From contig NW_021835254.1 of NCBI RefSeq assembly GCF_006345805.1, forward strand, positions 1 through 55,846: a DNA stretch of 55,846 nt. Reading direction: 5' to 3'. Position 1 is the stretch's first letter, and the number at the start of each line of letters is the position of its first letter. Shown piece after piece: positions 37,759 to 50,395 of this stretch. A model generated the notes under the pieces. That model made no database searches and was not told the DNA's origin. It saw nothing but the letters and a program-made list of their open reading frames with translations. The stretch comes from Octopus sinensis. Lineage: Eukaryota. The position numbers and the translations under genes are program-made.

Positions 37759-38511
37759 CTATCTGTCTGTCTGTCTGTGTTTGTCTGTCTGTCTTTCTCT
37801 CTCTGTTTCTCTCTCTCCCCTCTCTCTCATCTATATATGTCTCCTCGCTCTTACTCCCTCATCTCTCTCCCCCTCACCTTCTCTCTCCTTCTCTCTTTCT
37901 CCCCCCTCTCTCTCTCTCTATATATATATATATACACACACGCGCATGAAAGCGATTTGTTGGAAAATCCTGTTAGTCTACAATTAGGAAAGTACATGAG
38001 GATGAACAATATTATATAACTAGATTTATTCATTCATTTATTTATATTCAGCAGATGCCATCTTGTATGAACTCGTACACACACACACACACACCACACA
38101 CACACACACACGTATATATATTTACGCCTACACAAACCCCACACAAAACCCCCCACATAACCCACGCACACACGCATACACAAATTCACATACACACACA
38201 TACATATACATACACACAATATATGCATACACACACACACATACACATGCGCATACACATATATACACATACACACATACACGCACGCACACACATGCGC
38301 ACACATACGCACGCACGTAAGCACACGAATCCACACATACCTAACACTCACAGCCCCACGCATACACGCATATACACCCACATGCGTACACACGCACACA
38401 TACACGCACATACATATGTACACGCATGAAACAAGCGTGTACACACAACTACACGCACATACACATGCAAAAAACGCACTTATACCCCCTACACAACCCC
38501 TCGTTCACACA

Positions 38512-38790
38512 CACATGCACATGCACACACACAAAATACACACGCACATACTCACACATATGCACACGCACATACACTCATACGCACAAACCTGTATATA
38601 CACATGCACACACACAAAATACACACGCACATACTCACACATATGCACACGCACATACACTCATACGCACAAACCTGTATATACACATGCACACACACAA
38701 AATACACACGCACATACTCACACATATGCACACGCACATACACTCACACGCACAAACGTGTATATACACATGCACACACACACACACACA
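38512..38790. repeat. 83-bp tandem repeat (about 3.3 copies) built from degenerate (CA)n
   Basis: 'caaaatacacacg' at 38532, 38615 and 38698. Confidence 0.9.
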
Positions 38791-38793
38791 CAC

Positions 38794-38952
38794 CAAACGA
38801 TAATAAAGGAAATCTACCGTGAGCAGCTTGAGCACCTTAAGTCAGCCGTAGAAGAAAAACGACCATCTTTGGTTTCAAGACGAAAGGTATTCTTCCATCA
38901 GGATAATGCTCGGCCACATACAGCGAGGATGACATTCTTAAGGCTGGAGCAC
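38794..38952 (+). pseudogene. Mariner-type transposase fragment
   Basis: 'IYREQLEHLKSAVEEKRPSLVSRRKVFFHQDNARPHTA' contains the HQDNARPH second catalytic Asp motif. Confidence 0.85.
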
Positions 38953-38994
38953 CACCAAACCTCCATGTTGTGATAAAAATTGTCGGTTCTGCAA

Positions 38995-39228
38995 TACCTA
39001 TTTCTTTATTACCCACAAGGGGCTAAACACAGAGGGGACAAACAAGGACAGACATAAGTATTAAGTCGATTACATCGACCCCAGTGTGTAACTGGTACTT
39101 AACTTATCGACCCCGAAAGGATGAAAGGCAAAGTCGACCTCAGCAGAATTTGAACTCACAACGTAACGCAGACGAAATACCGCTTAGCATTTCGCCCGGC
39201 GTGCTAACGATTCTGCCAGCTCACCGCC
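38995..39228 (-). mobile_element. SINE family B, full length
   Basis: Reverse complement of 15716-15945. Confidence 0.88.
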
Positions 39229-40191
39229 TCTGCAATACCAGCTCGTCGGTTCTGCAATACCAGTGTGGAAGATGCCATCCACACCATCAGCAGTTGCTCC
39301 AAAATGTCTACGTGACACTACCCGCCATTGAGGCGTATTATAGTGAAAAAGTTGAGAGCTTGGCCAAAGAGAAAAGTATCTGTCTTCAGCCCTTTCAGCC
39401 TGGTCTACCACACAATCTCTTTCACTATGAGCACCAGACAAAGAAATAAGGCCTGCCCTATCCGGCCAAAGGAAGGTGGTGGGACTCAGGTGATAGCCCG
39501 ATCTATCCTACACATGCTGGTTAGTACACCAACTCAAGAAATACTAGTGGAATGTTCCCATCAAAACTTCTGTCAAATGTAAACATAACAAGCCGGATAT
39601 TGTTGCTTGGGACAGAGGGGCAAAGGTAGGTACCATCAGAGAGGTTACCTGCCCTGCAGATATAAATATCTCTTTGAAAATCAAAGAAAAGGAGGCTATC
39701 TATGGACAACTGCTTCGAAACCTCCAGCTTCTATATCCATATTATGGATTCATATTCATACCAATATTAATTGGAGCACTAGGTTTTGTTAGTAAACGCT
39801 TAAAGGAGAATCTAGATAAACTGGAATTTTAAGAAAGAGAAATTGCCCGGCTGATTCGTATATTACAAGTGCAATCTGTGAGTGGAACAGTAAGAATATG
39901 CAAGACTTTTCTCAAGTTCCAAATGTGAATTTGTCGCAAAATGTATAACCGATTCCTAAGACTTCATTTTTTTATGGGCATATATGGGTTAACTACATCC
40001 CAAAGATGGAGCCTTGTATCTATGTTGAAAATCGACTCCCTCCTGACTGAAAGATTTATAATAATTAAAATAATTTATAATAATTAAAAAATTAAAAGAT
40101 ACATACATGCATACATCCACCCATACACACTCACGCACACACACACACACACACGCACACACACACACGCACACACACACACGCACACACA

Positions 40192-40249
<58 letters not shown>

Positions 40250-40324
40250 CAGAATAGTATTATAGTCATTCGGAGTCGGCGATCGTTTTGTGTAGAATCA
40301 GCTACGATGTAATGTAGTTGATAT

Positions 40325-40396
40325 GTCCGTGGAAGTAAAATGTGTCCGTGGAAGTAAAATGTGTCCGTGGAAGTAAAATGTGTCCATGGAAGTAAA
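40325..40396. repeat. 19-bp tandem repeat, about 4 x GTCCGTGGAAGTAAAATGT
   Basis: Read directly. Confidence 0.9.
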
Positions 40397-40703
40397 ACCG
40401 CAAGAAATCCGAGCGATGAATTTTTCAGTGAGGTTTAAATAAAGCATAAAGTCAAGAAGTGTGAAAGGTAAATATTGAATATTTTTTCATGACTTAAATA
40501 TGATTACAGCCGTTTCGTAACCTTCTTTGTCTCGTATTAATTTAAACCATTTTCCTGACACAATCGCTCCTTCCACTCTCTCTTTATCTCCTTTCGTCTC
40601 TCTCATCCTATACTCTCTCCTCCCTCACCTTATCCTCTTTCCTCTCTCACCATATTCTTTCTTTCTTTCTTTCTGTCTTTCTTTCTTTCTGTCTGTCTTT
40701 CTT

Positions 40704-40743
<40 letters not shown>

Positions 40744-41119
40744 CTTCTATATTAATGTGCTGTCACTTTCCAAAAAGACAACAAGTGTATCACATGATGT
40801 ACGGTACCATCCTTATGCAGCTAGTGACTAAAGATCCTGCAACACTTCAGATACCTAATGCAAGGGCTTTACCACTAACTGCATACAAATGGCTGACTTC
40901 TGTAACAGCAGGGTCAACAGGAACGGCTGCAGAGGCAACGGCAGTAACAGCAACAACAACAACGACAGTAGAAATACACAGAGAAACAAAAGGAGAAGAA
41001 AGAAGGAAAATAAAGACGACGATGAAGAAATAGAAATGGACGAAAATGTAGAAAAGAACAACAGCACAAAAAAGGAAAATTACAAAGAAATACATATGGA
41101 AACATCAGTATGTAAATAA

Positions 41120-41502
41120 TAATAATCCTTTCTACTATAGGCACAAAGCCTGAAATTTTGTGGGGAGAGGGAGCTAGGCGATTACGTCAAACCTAACTAG
41201 TACTTTATTTTATCGTCTGCTACTTAACTAGTTTTTTCTTATTTTATAGACCTGGAAAGGATGAAAAGCAAAGCTAATCACGGCGGAATTTGAACTCAGA
41301 ATGTAAGGAGCTGGAATGAATGATGTTAAGCACTCGTTTCGACCCTTTATTTTATCGCCTACTACTTAATTAGTGTTTTTTTTTTATTTTATAGACCCGG
41401 AAAGGAAGAAAAGCAAAGCTAATCACGGCGGAATTTGAACTCAGAAGGTAAGGAGCTGGAATGAAAGCACTCGTTTCGACCTTCTAACGATTCAGCCAAT
41501 TC
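41120..41502 (-). mobile_element. Diverged SINE family B-like copy with an internal duplication of about 145 bp
   Basis: 'aaagcaaagctaatcacggcggaatttgaactcagaa.gtaaggagctggaatgaa' occurs twice. Confidence 0.7.
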
Positions 41503-42012
41503 CTTTATTTCTTTAATAGACTGCAAGGGCCTAAGATGTTAGGGGCCAGTGCAAATACACAAAATAAAAGAAATACAATGGAAGCTTTACATTCAGCTTG
41601 AACAAAGTTTCTTGAGAAGCGGGCCGCACGAGACATAGCTTATAATCAGGTGGTCACACTACTAAAATTTCAAATTAATTTTTCGTTAAGCGTGTCATTC
41701 AAAAATCCCCACGGGCCGCAGTTTACCCATGACTGGTCATAGACACTGGAGGTTTCTTAAGACCAGTGAAGGTGAAGTCCAAAGGAAAGTTTTGAAAGTG
41801 AAGGACAGCAGAAGAGCAACAAAGGTCCGGGACACAAAGTTCGCGAAGGTAAAGAACATTGAAAGACTTTTGAAGTTCATAGATACTCGAGGGTTTCTTA
41901 AAGTCAAGGTCACTCAAATCAGGTGAAGGTCATAAACAGTGAAAGGAAGCTGCAGGCCATGGCTTTTGTTCCAAATTCGCGGCTAAACAGTGTCAAAAAG
42001 AAACGTATATAG

Positions 42013-42239
42013 TTCTTTACTACCCACAAGGGGCTAAACATAGAGGGGACAAACAAGGACAGACAAAGGGATTAAGTCGATTACATCGACCCCAGTGCGA
42101 AACTGGTACTTAATTTATCGACCCCGAAAGGATGAAAGGCAAAGTCGACGTCGACGGAATTTGAACTCGGAACGTAACGACAAACGAAATGCGGCTACGC
42201 ATTTCGCCCGACGTGCTAACGTTTCTGCCAGCTCGCCGC
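42013..42239 (-). mobile_element. SINE family B, full length
   Basis: Reverse complement of the 15716 copy. Confidence 0.88.
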
Positions 42240-42477
42240 TTTCAAAAAGAAAAGTATATTGGCGGCGGCATATAGGGATTTGGCTCTAGCATGGCCGCAG
42301 TCCACTGGTTACTGATTTTCAGCAAAAGTGTTTTAGTGCAGCGTGGTGGAACATACAGAGACAGACTGGTACACACACAAACACGTACACCTATAAATAC
42401 ACATATACACACACACACGCACGTATAAGCATGGATACACGCACTTACATACTCATGCGTACACATATATCGTTTAT

Positions 42478-42860
42478 CTCTTGTTTATTTTATCTCTTAT
42501 CTCTCAGTCACATTGCGGCCATGTTGGAGCATCGCGTTGAAGTGTTTAGTCGAACAAATCAGCCTCACAACTTATATATTTTTCAAAAGCCACGTACTTA
42601 TTCTACTGAATTATTTTTACCGAACCGCTATGTTACGGGAACGTAAACAAACCAACACTAGTTGTGAAGCGGTGGTACGGAACAAACACACACACACACA
42701 CACACACATACACACAGAATTTATCTCGACCAAATACACGCTTTGGTCGGCCCGAAGGTATAGCTGAAGACATTTGCTGAAGGTGCCGCGCAATGGGACT
42801 GAACCCCCAAACCACAGAGTTGAAAAACATTCTTTTTATTACACTGCTACGACTGCATCT
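42478..42860 (-). mobile_element. Diverged SINE family A
   Basis: 'ctttggtcggcccgaaggtatagctgaagaca..aggtgccgcgcaatgggactgaaccc' plus tail 'gcggccatgttggagcatcg'. Confidence 0.7.
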
Positions 42861-43146
42861 ATACAGAGAAAAATATTTTAAAAGCTATAGCAGAAACCAT
42901 AATGACAATGGGAATTTACTTTAGAAATACATATTGAGTGAAGAGAAGGAAAAAAAAACCCCTGCTATCTTCAACATCCAGGGGGCTGTTATTGAAAATC
43001 ATATATATTCTAAGAATCATGTTGGAATTATCTTGTAAAATGTCCAAATGGTAGCAGCAATTATAGATCCGGTATGGATTAGGAGACACAAGAAAACTAA
43101 GCTTTTCTAAATCTCGTCGAATTGTGTTCGACTATTTCGTTGCAGA

Positions 43147-43192
43147 ATTATTATTATTATTATTACTATTATTACTATTATTATTATTATTA

Positions 43193-43228
<36 letters not shown>

Positions 43229-43259
43229 CATCATCATCATCATCATCGTCATCATCATT

Positions 43260-43315
<56 letters not shown>

Positions 43316-43451
43316 TATTATTATTATTATTATTATTATCATCATCATCATCATCATCATCATTATTATTATTATTATTATATTATTATTATTACTATTA
43401 CTATTACTATTATTATTATTATTATTATTATTATCCTCATCATCATCATCA

Positions 43452-43488
<37 letters not shown>

Positions 43489-43550
43489 TACTATTACTAT
43501 TACTATTATTATTATTATTATTATTATCATCATCATCATCATCATCATCA

Positions 43551-43581
<31 letters not shown>

Positions 43582-43654
43582 TACTATTACTATTACTATT
43601 ATTATTATTATTATTATTTATTATTATTACTATTATTATTATTATTATTATTAT

Positions 43655-43687
<33 letters not shown>
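43147..43687. repeat. Compound (ATT)/(ATC)/(ATTACT) array with repeated blocks
   Basis: Read directly. Confidence 0.95.
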
Positions 43688-43688
<1 letters not shown>

Positions 43689-44116
43689 GCAGAAGTGATA
43701 TTGAAATATGAGAAGCAGTTGAATATAGGCAAGTGTCTGGATTTGACCAGAGAATTGAGTAGCATATGCAAACCTAATATTCGTGGATATTTCAAAGACA
43801 ATTATTCTCAGAGCTTGTCATAGAAATACTGGGAACAAACAGCAAAAATAGCTGTCGAAGAGGAAAAAATGAAGAAAAGATATTGGAATCGAGAAATGTT
43901 GGGGAAATTCACACATTCAAATACACACACACTCTCTCCCCCTCTCTCTCTCTCACAGACACACACACACACAGATACACACACGCGCACATACGAACGC
44001 GCGCACAACACACACACGCATACACACGAAACAAAAAAAAATTGCCATTGTGCGAGAATCCATTTGCAAATTCTTCGAGAGCTGAAGGAAAATGCGTTGT
44101 CATTTCACGGAATCAG

Positions 44117-45150
44117 TTAAATTGTAACAGCAGCAGCAGAAGCAGCAGCAGCAACGTCAGTAACAACAACAACAACAACAACAGCAACAACAACAACAAT
44201 ATTTTCTCTTCTATCTGTTTCGGTCGTTTGGTTGCGGCCCTTGCTGGGGCACCACCTTGAAGGTTTTAGTCGAAAAATTCGACACTGGTACTCTTTTTTT
44301 TAAAAAAAGTCTGGTACTTATTTTATCGGTCCTTTTTGTTGAACAGCTAACTTATGAAGATGTAAGCAAACCAATACCAACTGTCGAACGGTGGCGGAGT
44401 ACAAACACAAATTCAACCAAGATTTTAAAACAATTTTGGTATCAAATCTTCCATTACGAAATTAAATTTCATGGTTATTCCAAAAATGATATTAAGTTAC
44501 CTACTAAAACATAGAATTGGTAAATTCTGCGACACACGTTGCCTCAATAAACTTGACATATCTCTACAAAAAAATAGTTTCTATCATGAGATTCCTCAAC
44601 ACAGTATAAATTGGTGTATAAAACTATTTTGCACAGTTCAAAGTAATGAAACTAAGTGGAAAAAGTTGTTTTCTACAGTAGAAGGGGGAAATAAATATGA
44701 CACAAAGAAGCATATTCACTAAAATTGTGAACATTAAAGCAGATTCTGAAATCGGAGAGTTAAACCAGAACAACAAATACAAATGTTTTGGACGTAGATG
44801 AAACTGATAAGCTACACCATGGAGAAATAAAGGAGAAAATTTTAAAAAAATAGAATATGGAAGGATAGTTATATCAATATTAAATTGTAATAGCAGCAGC
44901 AGCAACGTCAGTAACAACAACAACAACAACAACAACAACAATATTTTCTCTTCTATCTGTTTCGGTCGGTTGGTTGCGGCCTTGCTGGGGCACCACCTTG
45001 AAGATTTTAGTTGAAAAATTCGACACTAGTACTCTTTTTTTTTAAAGTTTAGTACTTATTTTATCGGTCCATTTTGTTGAATAGCTAAGTTACGAAGATG
45101 GAAGCAAACCAATACCAACGGTCGAACGGTGGCGGAGTACAAACACAAAC
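44117..45150. repeat. Local direct duplication of about 280 bp (44117-44411, 44880-45149)
   Basis: Both copies run ttaaattgtaa-(cag)n-cgtcagtaa-(caa)n-SINE tail..cggtggcggagtacaaacacaaa. Confidence 0.85.
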
Positions 45151-45406
45151 ATAAAGATACACATACATACTTATGTATACAACCGGCTTCTATGTAGTTT
45201 CTGTCACTCACAAGAACTGAACTAATAGGTGCAGGAGTGGCTGTGTGGTAAGAAGATTGATTCCCTGACACATGGTTCCAGCTACAATCCCACTGTCATT
45301 TGAAGGCTAAAACAATGTGAAGCGCATCGTGACCAGCGACGTGTAGCAACATCTGATAGCCTGGTCGGTCACGGTGATCACGGTGATATATATATATATA
45401 TATATA

Positions 45407-45438
<32 letters not shown>

Positions 45439-45474
45439 ATATAATATATATAATATATATTTATATATATACAT

Positions 45475-46210
45475 TCATCATTCATCCCCGTCCCTCATAT
45501 AGGAGTAGAGTCCTCAGGCACCTCCTCTATAAGATCCTATCAGAAGCAATCCTCATTACACTTTCTAGCTGGATTCTCAAGCATGGCCAACTTCGAAACA
45601 AGAATATTATCCAGCCATTTGTTTCTTTGGTCTCCACCCAGTTGACTCAGCTTGAAGATTCTAGCTTACTATTCTTTCCTGGAACATTCTAATCTCATGT
45701 CCGTAGAACCGGAACTGAGATCTCTCCATGCACAAATGTATGTCGTATATTTTTATGCTAAATTGGAAACCGACAGATTTTCGGATTTCAACTTGTGAGG
45801 AGAAGAACGACATTCTAATTATACGTAAAGGCATCATGGTCAATAAATCTCTTACATACTTGAAAGTAACTGAGCGAAAAAGGACCGGGGTGAAACCAAG
45901 AAAACTGGAGCAACATTTGAGAAATACAGATGTGACTCCAGAAAGTTTGAATCTGTGGATGCTCTGAGGCGTCTTACTAGAAATTTCTTTCCAATTTGTT
46001 TGATATTTATGATAAATGTCAGATTTTATATGTTTCTAGGAAAAGAAAATCTCTTGATGTTTTAGATGTAACTTTGATGTAAGAGAGTTCGGCTGAAAAA
46101 CAAATGTCTGTTGGAACGAGTAAATGTGAAGCACTACCGTCTGCTTGGAAGACAATGGTATATGTTAGCGTGTTCAGACTTTCATGTTCAGACACCATGA
46201 GAGTCTAAGA
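45475..46210 (-). pseudogene. Possible degenerate RTE-like LINE 3' remnant
   Basis: Minus strand 'QFRFYGHEIRM' and 'ggtggagaccaaagaaacaaatggctggataatatt' (GRP..WLDNI-like). Confidence 0.45.
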
Positions 46211-46220
46211 TAATTTCTGT

Positions 46221-46290
<70 letters not shown>

Positions 46291-46934
46291 AGAGAGAGAG
46301 AGAGAGAGAGGATGTGGCAGAAAGAGTGACAGCGCTGGCGAAGGCGGCGGGGGAAACATAGTAGAAGCTGTCAAACGTCGTTATAGAGAGAACGGGAAGG
46401 GAAGGGAGGAAAGAGAGAGAGAGACGGAGTAAGAGAGGGGGAGAGTGTGTAGAGAGAGAGACGGAGGAAGAGAGGGGGAGAGTGTGTGTGTGTAGAGAGA
46501 GAGAATGTGTGTGTTAAGAGAGAGAGAGAGATGGTATTAAGAGAGAGAGTGTGTGTTAAGAGATAGAATGACAAGATAGAGGGTAAGAGAAAGAAAAGGC
46601 AAGAGAAAGAGAGGGAGAAATATAAGAAAGACCGAGGATGTAATGTCGCACACAACCTTGAGTCATGGAATATAGGTGTGAGTGTCTAGAAAGAAGAAAT
46701 AAGTTGCCTTAGTTCAATTCATTATTTATCTAATGGGGTTTCGTTTTGATCGAGGATTAAGACCGCGTCAAAACTGATTTCTTTGTGATGCTTTTTAAAA
46801 GTCACAGCAGCTTTAAGTAGTTTCATTTATCATAAATTTTCACCATTTATAAAAGCGTATATCTCAATCAACGCTCGAAGTTAACCTCAAAATTAAGTCT
46901 CCAACTCATTAAATTTTAAACAATTCTGGCAGGA

Positions 46935-47178
46935 ATGCTGGGGGCGGTGTATTATGAGGAGAAGATCCCTGGAGAAGGACATCATGCTCGGAATGGTCAG
47001 TGACAAGAGAAGAAGAGGCCGACCAAGAACCCGCTGGCTTGACACCACCAAGAGTGATACCGGAATGGACATAACCAATCTGAAAGAAGCGGCCCAGGAT
47101 AGAACTGACTGGAGGACACTGATCCAACGAGTAAACGAGAGTCGACTTCGACTGAGCGGATAGATATATAGATAGATG
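46935..47178 (+). pseudogene. RTE-clade LINE 3' end
   Basis: 'MRRRSLEKDIMLGMVSDKRRRGRPRTRWLD..EAAQDRTDWRTLIQRV.ESRLRL' is a classic RTE/BovB-like C-terminus, followed by a (tagat)-type tail. Confidence 0.88.
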
Positions 47179-47454
47179 TGAAAACTTTGGTAAATAAGTT
47201 ATATTTTATTAAACATAACTAGTCCGGGAACTCTTTGTTACCACCTCGTAAATCTCCTCCGCTTTAGTCTTGTGCTTACGTCATGTGTTGTTTTGGCAAG
47301 ACATTAAAAGCCTGGTGTATGAGCCGTCAACGTGATCTTTAAACTGCTTAATAGTCCCGTTATCTACTTCACAAAGAGCAATTGCTCACTATAGATGCTC
47401 TCACGAAATCAAGCCACGTCGATTTTAAAATACTTGATAACAAAAGATTCTGGT

Positions 47455-47668
47455 TACGAGGAGGTGCTGAAAATTTCCAGGCTTTAAGGATATCGTGAAA
47501 GGCCTGGCGGGAGGCCCAACCTTTGGAGTTCTTTCACAGGCCTTAGAAAAACTGAAGGACCTCTGCAATAAGCGTGTGAATCTGAGAGGGGAATATGTTC
47601 AATAAAACAAACTGATCCTGCTGTATTTTCTTTTACCCAAAGCCAGGAACTTTTCAGCGACCCTCGTG
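47455..47668. mobile_element. Mariner-derived MITE
   Basis: Imperfect TIRs of about 30 bp: acgaggaggtgctgaaaatttccaggcttt / aaagccaggaacttttcagcgaccctcgt. TA on the left side. Confidence 0.7.
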
Positions 47669-47850
47669 ATGATACAGCCCCCTTTTTTTCCACCAGTGTT
47701 ACATTGATATTTTCCTTAAAATTTCTCGCATTATATACAACTAAATACGAAATATGGCACATCAGAATCTCCATGTTGGCTACAAAAAAGAAATTTATGA
47801 AAAACAAAGAAGAAAACGAAAACAGAGATAGGTAGGTGCACTTGACTTAC

Positions 47851-47964
47851 TTTAACGTTGCTTGATCTCGCGAACAGGTTCTTCGCTCTCGGTAGCACAA
47901 TCTTCTTAATCACCTGGTCATCCACGTATTCTTTGATGACGGCGATAGTATTCAGTGCTGCTTC
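47851..47964 (-). CDS. SCYL2: SCYL2-family exon B, 114 nt, phase 0/0
   Basis: Acceptor ccgccag|GAA, donor AAA|gtaagt. Encodes EAALNTIAVIKEYVDDQVIKKIVLPRAKNLFARSSNVK, in frame with exons A and C. Confidence 0.85.
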
Positions 47965-48282
47965 CTGGCGGTGGTAGTCGTCATAGTAGTTGTGTCGTGA
48001 CATCATAATTGTTATCCAACGTCGTTATGAGAGTGGTGGTGGTGGTGGTAGTGTTGGTGGTGATAATGTTGATGATGATGGTGGTGGTGTTGTAAGAGAG
48101 AAGAAACACAGATTATAGGAAAAGTGTAGAAGTGGAACACACTCATATACGCATATATATATGTTTATATATATTCTCATGTGTATGAAAATGTACTCAA
48201 TACCTGTTATATATATATATACATATATACATACATACATATGTATATTTATATTTGTATATGTATATGTGTGTACACACAA

Positions 48283-48316
<34 letters not shown>

Positions 48317-48337
48317 GTAGCTATATCTGTGTGTGTG

Positions 48338-48870
48338 TATCTTGTTCACATCATCCCATCCTAAACGCACCAAACTGAATATTCCGTTTAATGAGGCAAA
48401 ACGAATTTGTACAATAGTGTCAAACCCTTCTAAGCCTGAACAAAGACGGGAAGAACTTAAAAACATATTCATGCGAAGGGCATTCCCACTGAGCGTAATC
48501 ACCAATGGAATGGACAGAGCAAAACATGTTGATATCCAGGAACTAAGGAAAATGAAAATCAAAACAAAGAAAAATATTTTACCATATGTGTCAATCAACC
48601 TTCAATCCCAGAAATACTGAAATATTTGACCTCATTCAATAAAAACCCTCCCCATTGTACTTGAAGATGAAAAAATGAAGAAAAAAAAAATATGGAAACA
48701 TACCAAATCATCAAAAGCAAAAGGTAGCCCAAAACGTTCAAACGAATCCTCACAGGAACGAAAATATAAACAAATCCCCAACCCAACTGTGACAAAATGT
48801 GGAAGAACAAATTGCAGCATCTCCTTATACTTAATGGAAAGACCAAAATTCAAACTTAATGCTGACCATC
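48338..48870 (+). pseudogene. Penelope-like RT-thumb/linker remnant in intron A-B
   Basis: 'SSHPKRTKLNIPFNEAKRICTIVS..ELKNIFMRRAFP..' then 'VTKCGRTNC', with frameshifts. Confidence 0.7.
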
Positions 48871-48921
48871 GAGAGATTTTTTTCGAAAAATTTTATTTCT
48901 ATATTAGTTGTAAATTATATA

Positions 48922-48971
<50 letters not shown>

Positions 48972-48976
<5 letters not shown>

Positions 48977-49191
48977 CTTTAAAAACTTAGGCCTTAGGAT
49001 TACCTTAGAATCCAACTTAACCAAAGCTAACTTCCTTGACGTTACACTCGACTTAAAAACCTCACTTTATTACCCTTACCACAAACCAAATGAATCCCTT
49101 AGATATATAGACATTAATTCCAACCACCCCAAAAATATATTAGACAACCTAGTAAAAAGTGTCTCAATTAGAATATCTAGCCTGTCCGCTA

Positions 49192-49192
<1 letters not shown>
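48972..49192 (+). pseudogene. Penelope-like RT fragment between (TA)n runs
   Basis: 'FFKNLGLRITLESNLTKANFLDVTLDLKTSLYYPYHKPNESLRYIDINSNHPKNIL..SIRISSLS'. Confidence 0.8.
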
Positions 49193-49265
<73 letters not shown>

Positions 49266-49418
49266 ACGCGCGCACGTGCGTGTGTGGGATGCTCGAAAAC
49301 TTTGACAATAAAAACACAAATATATTACATGCATAGAGAAGAATAGAGATTTACATTCAGGACTTTAAGTTTCTCTAAAAATTCGATAATCGTTGCATAT
49401 CTTTCTTGTCACACATGG

Positions 49419-49458
<40 letters not shown>

Positions 49459-49678
49459 ATACACACACACACATACACACACACACACACACATATATAT
49501 ATGTGTATATGTTCAATCAGAAGTCAAATACCTGATCGAATCGTTTTGTACTTTCGTGTATGTGACACTCTGAGTAATGGCTGCGTGGTTTATTAACTGC
49601 GGCTGCCCAATGACTAAAGCAAGGAAAATATAAAAGACAAATGCTAAAAGATTGAATGATATCGATATTGGTCCATAC

Positions 49679-49801
49679 CTGGCCCTGTAGGGAATTAGAA
49701 TCCAGTGTGTTGAAGACCATGGGAAGTACTTCAGACTTGATTTCTTCCTTTGGAGATTTGGCGAGAATAATGTGAAGTTTATCGAGAAGAAACGCTGTGG
49801 C
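49679..49801 (-). CDS. SCYL2: SCY1-like 2 family pseudokinase, internal exon A (HEAT region), 123 nt, phase 0/0
   Basis: Acceptor ttcttcttatgcag|GCC, donor CAG|gtatgg. Encodes ATAFLLDKLHIILAKSPKEEIKSEVLPMVFNTLDSNSLQGQ, which resembles recalled SCYL2 '...LLTKTPPDEIKNSVLPMVYRALEAPSIQIQ'. Family is confident; orthologue versus paralogue is not resolved. Confidence 0.88.
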
Positions 49802-49984
49802 CTGCATAAGAAGAAAAACACAGAAATATTTACTGAAAGAGGAGAAAATAGTTGAAAAACAAGCGATGGTGATGCTAGGGTTAGTGCTGAGGTGGGGGAA
49901 ATTAAATAAGTTTGAAGAGAATGGCTTAGAAGGATAGGGGAGAGAGATGAGAGAGAGAGAGAGGGAAGAGGGAGGGTAAATGAG

Positions 49985-50395
49985 AGAAAGAAGAGAGAGA
50001 GAAAGAGAGAAAAGAGAGAGTAGGAGAGAAAGAAGACAGAAGAGAGAGAGAGAGAAAAAAGAGAGAGTAGGAGAGAAAGAAGACAGAAGAGAGAGAGAGA
50101 GAGAGAAAAGAGAGAGTAGGAGAGAAAGAAGACAGAAGAGAGAGAGAGAGAGAAAAGAGAGAGTAGGAGAGAAAGAAGACAGAAGAGAGAGAGTGAGAGA
50201 AAAGAGAGAGTAGGAGAGAAAGAAGACAGAAGAGAGAGAGAGAGAAAAAAGAGAGAGTAGGAGAGAAAGAAGACAGAAGAGAGAGAGAGAGAGAAAAAAG
50301 AGAGAGTAGGAGAGAAAGAAGACAGAAGAGAGAGAGAGAGAAAAAAGAGAGAGTAGGAGAGAAAGAAGACAGAAGAGAGAGAGAGAGAGAGAGAG
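49985..50395. repeat. Polypurine minisatellite, unit about 44-48 bp (GAGTAGGAGAGAAAGAAGACAGAA(GA)nAAAA), about 8 copies
   Basis: Read directly. Confidence 0.9.

Noticed and set aside
38794-38952. Active or domesticated transposase
   Set aside because: Only about 50 codons; the rest of the ORF is (CA)n-derived.
43122-43823. Long hydrophobic or poly-His/Asn ORFs
   Set aside because: Trinucleotide microsatellite.
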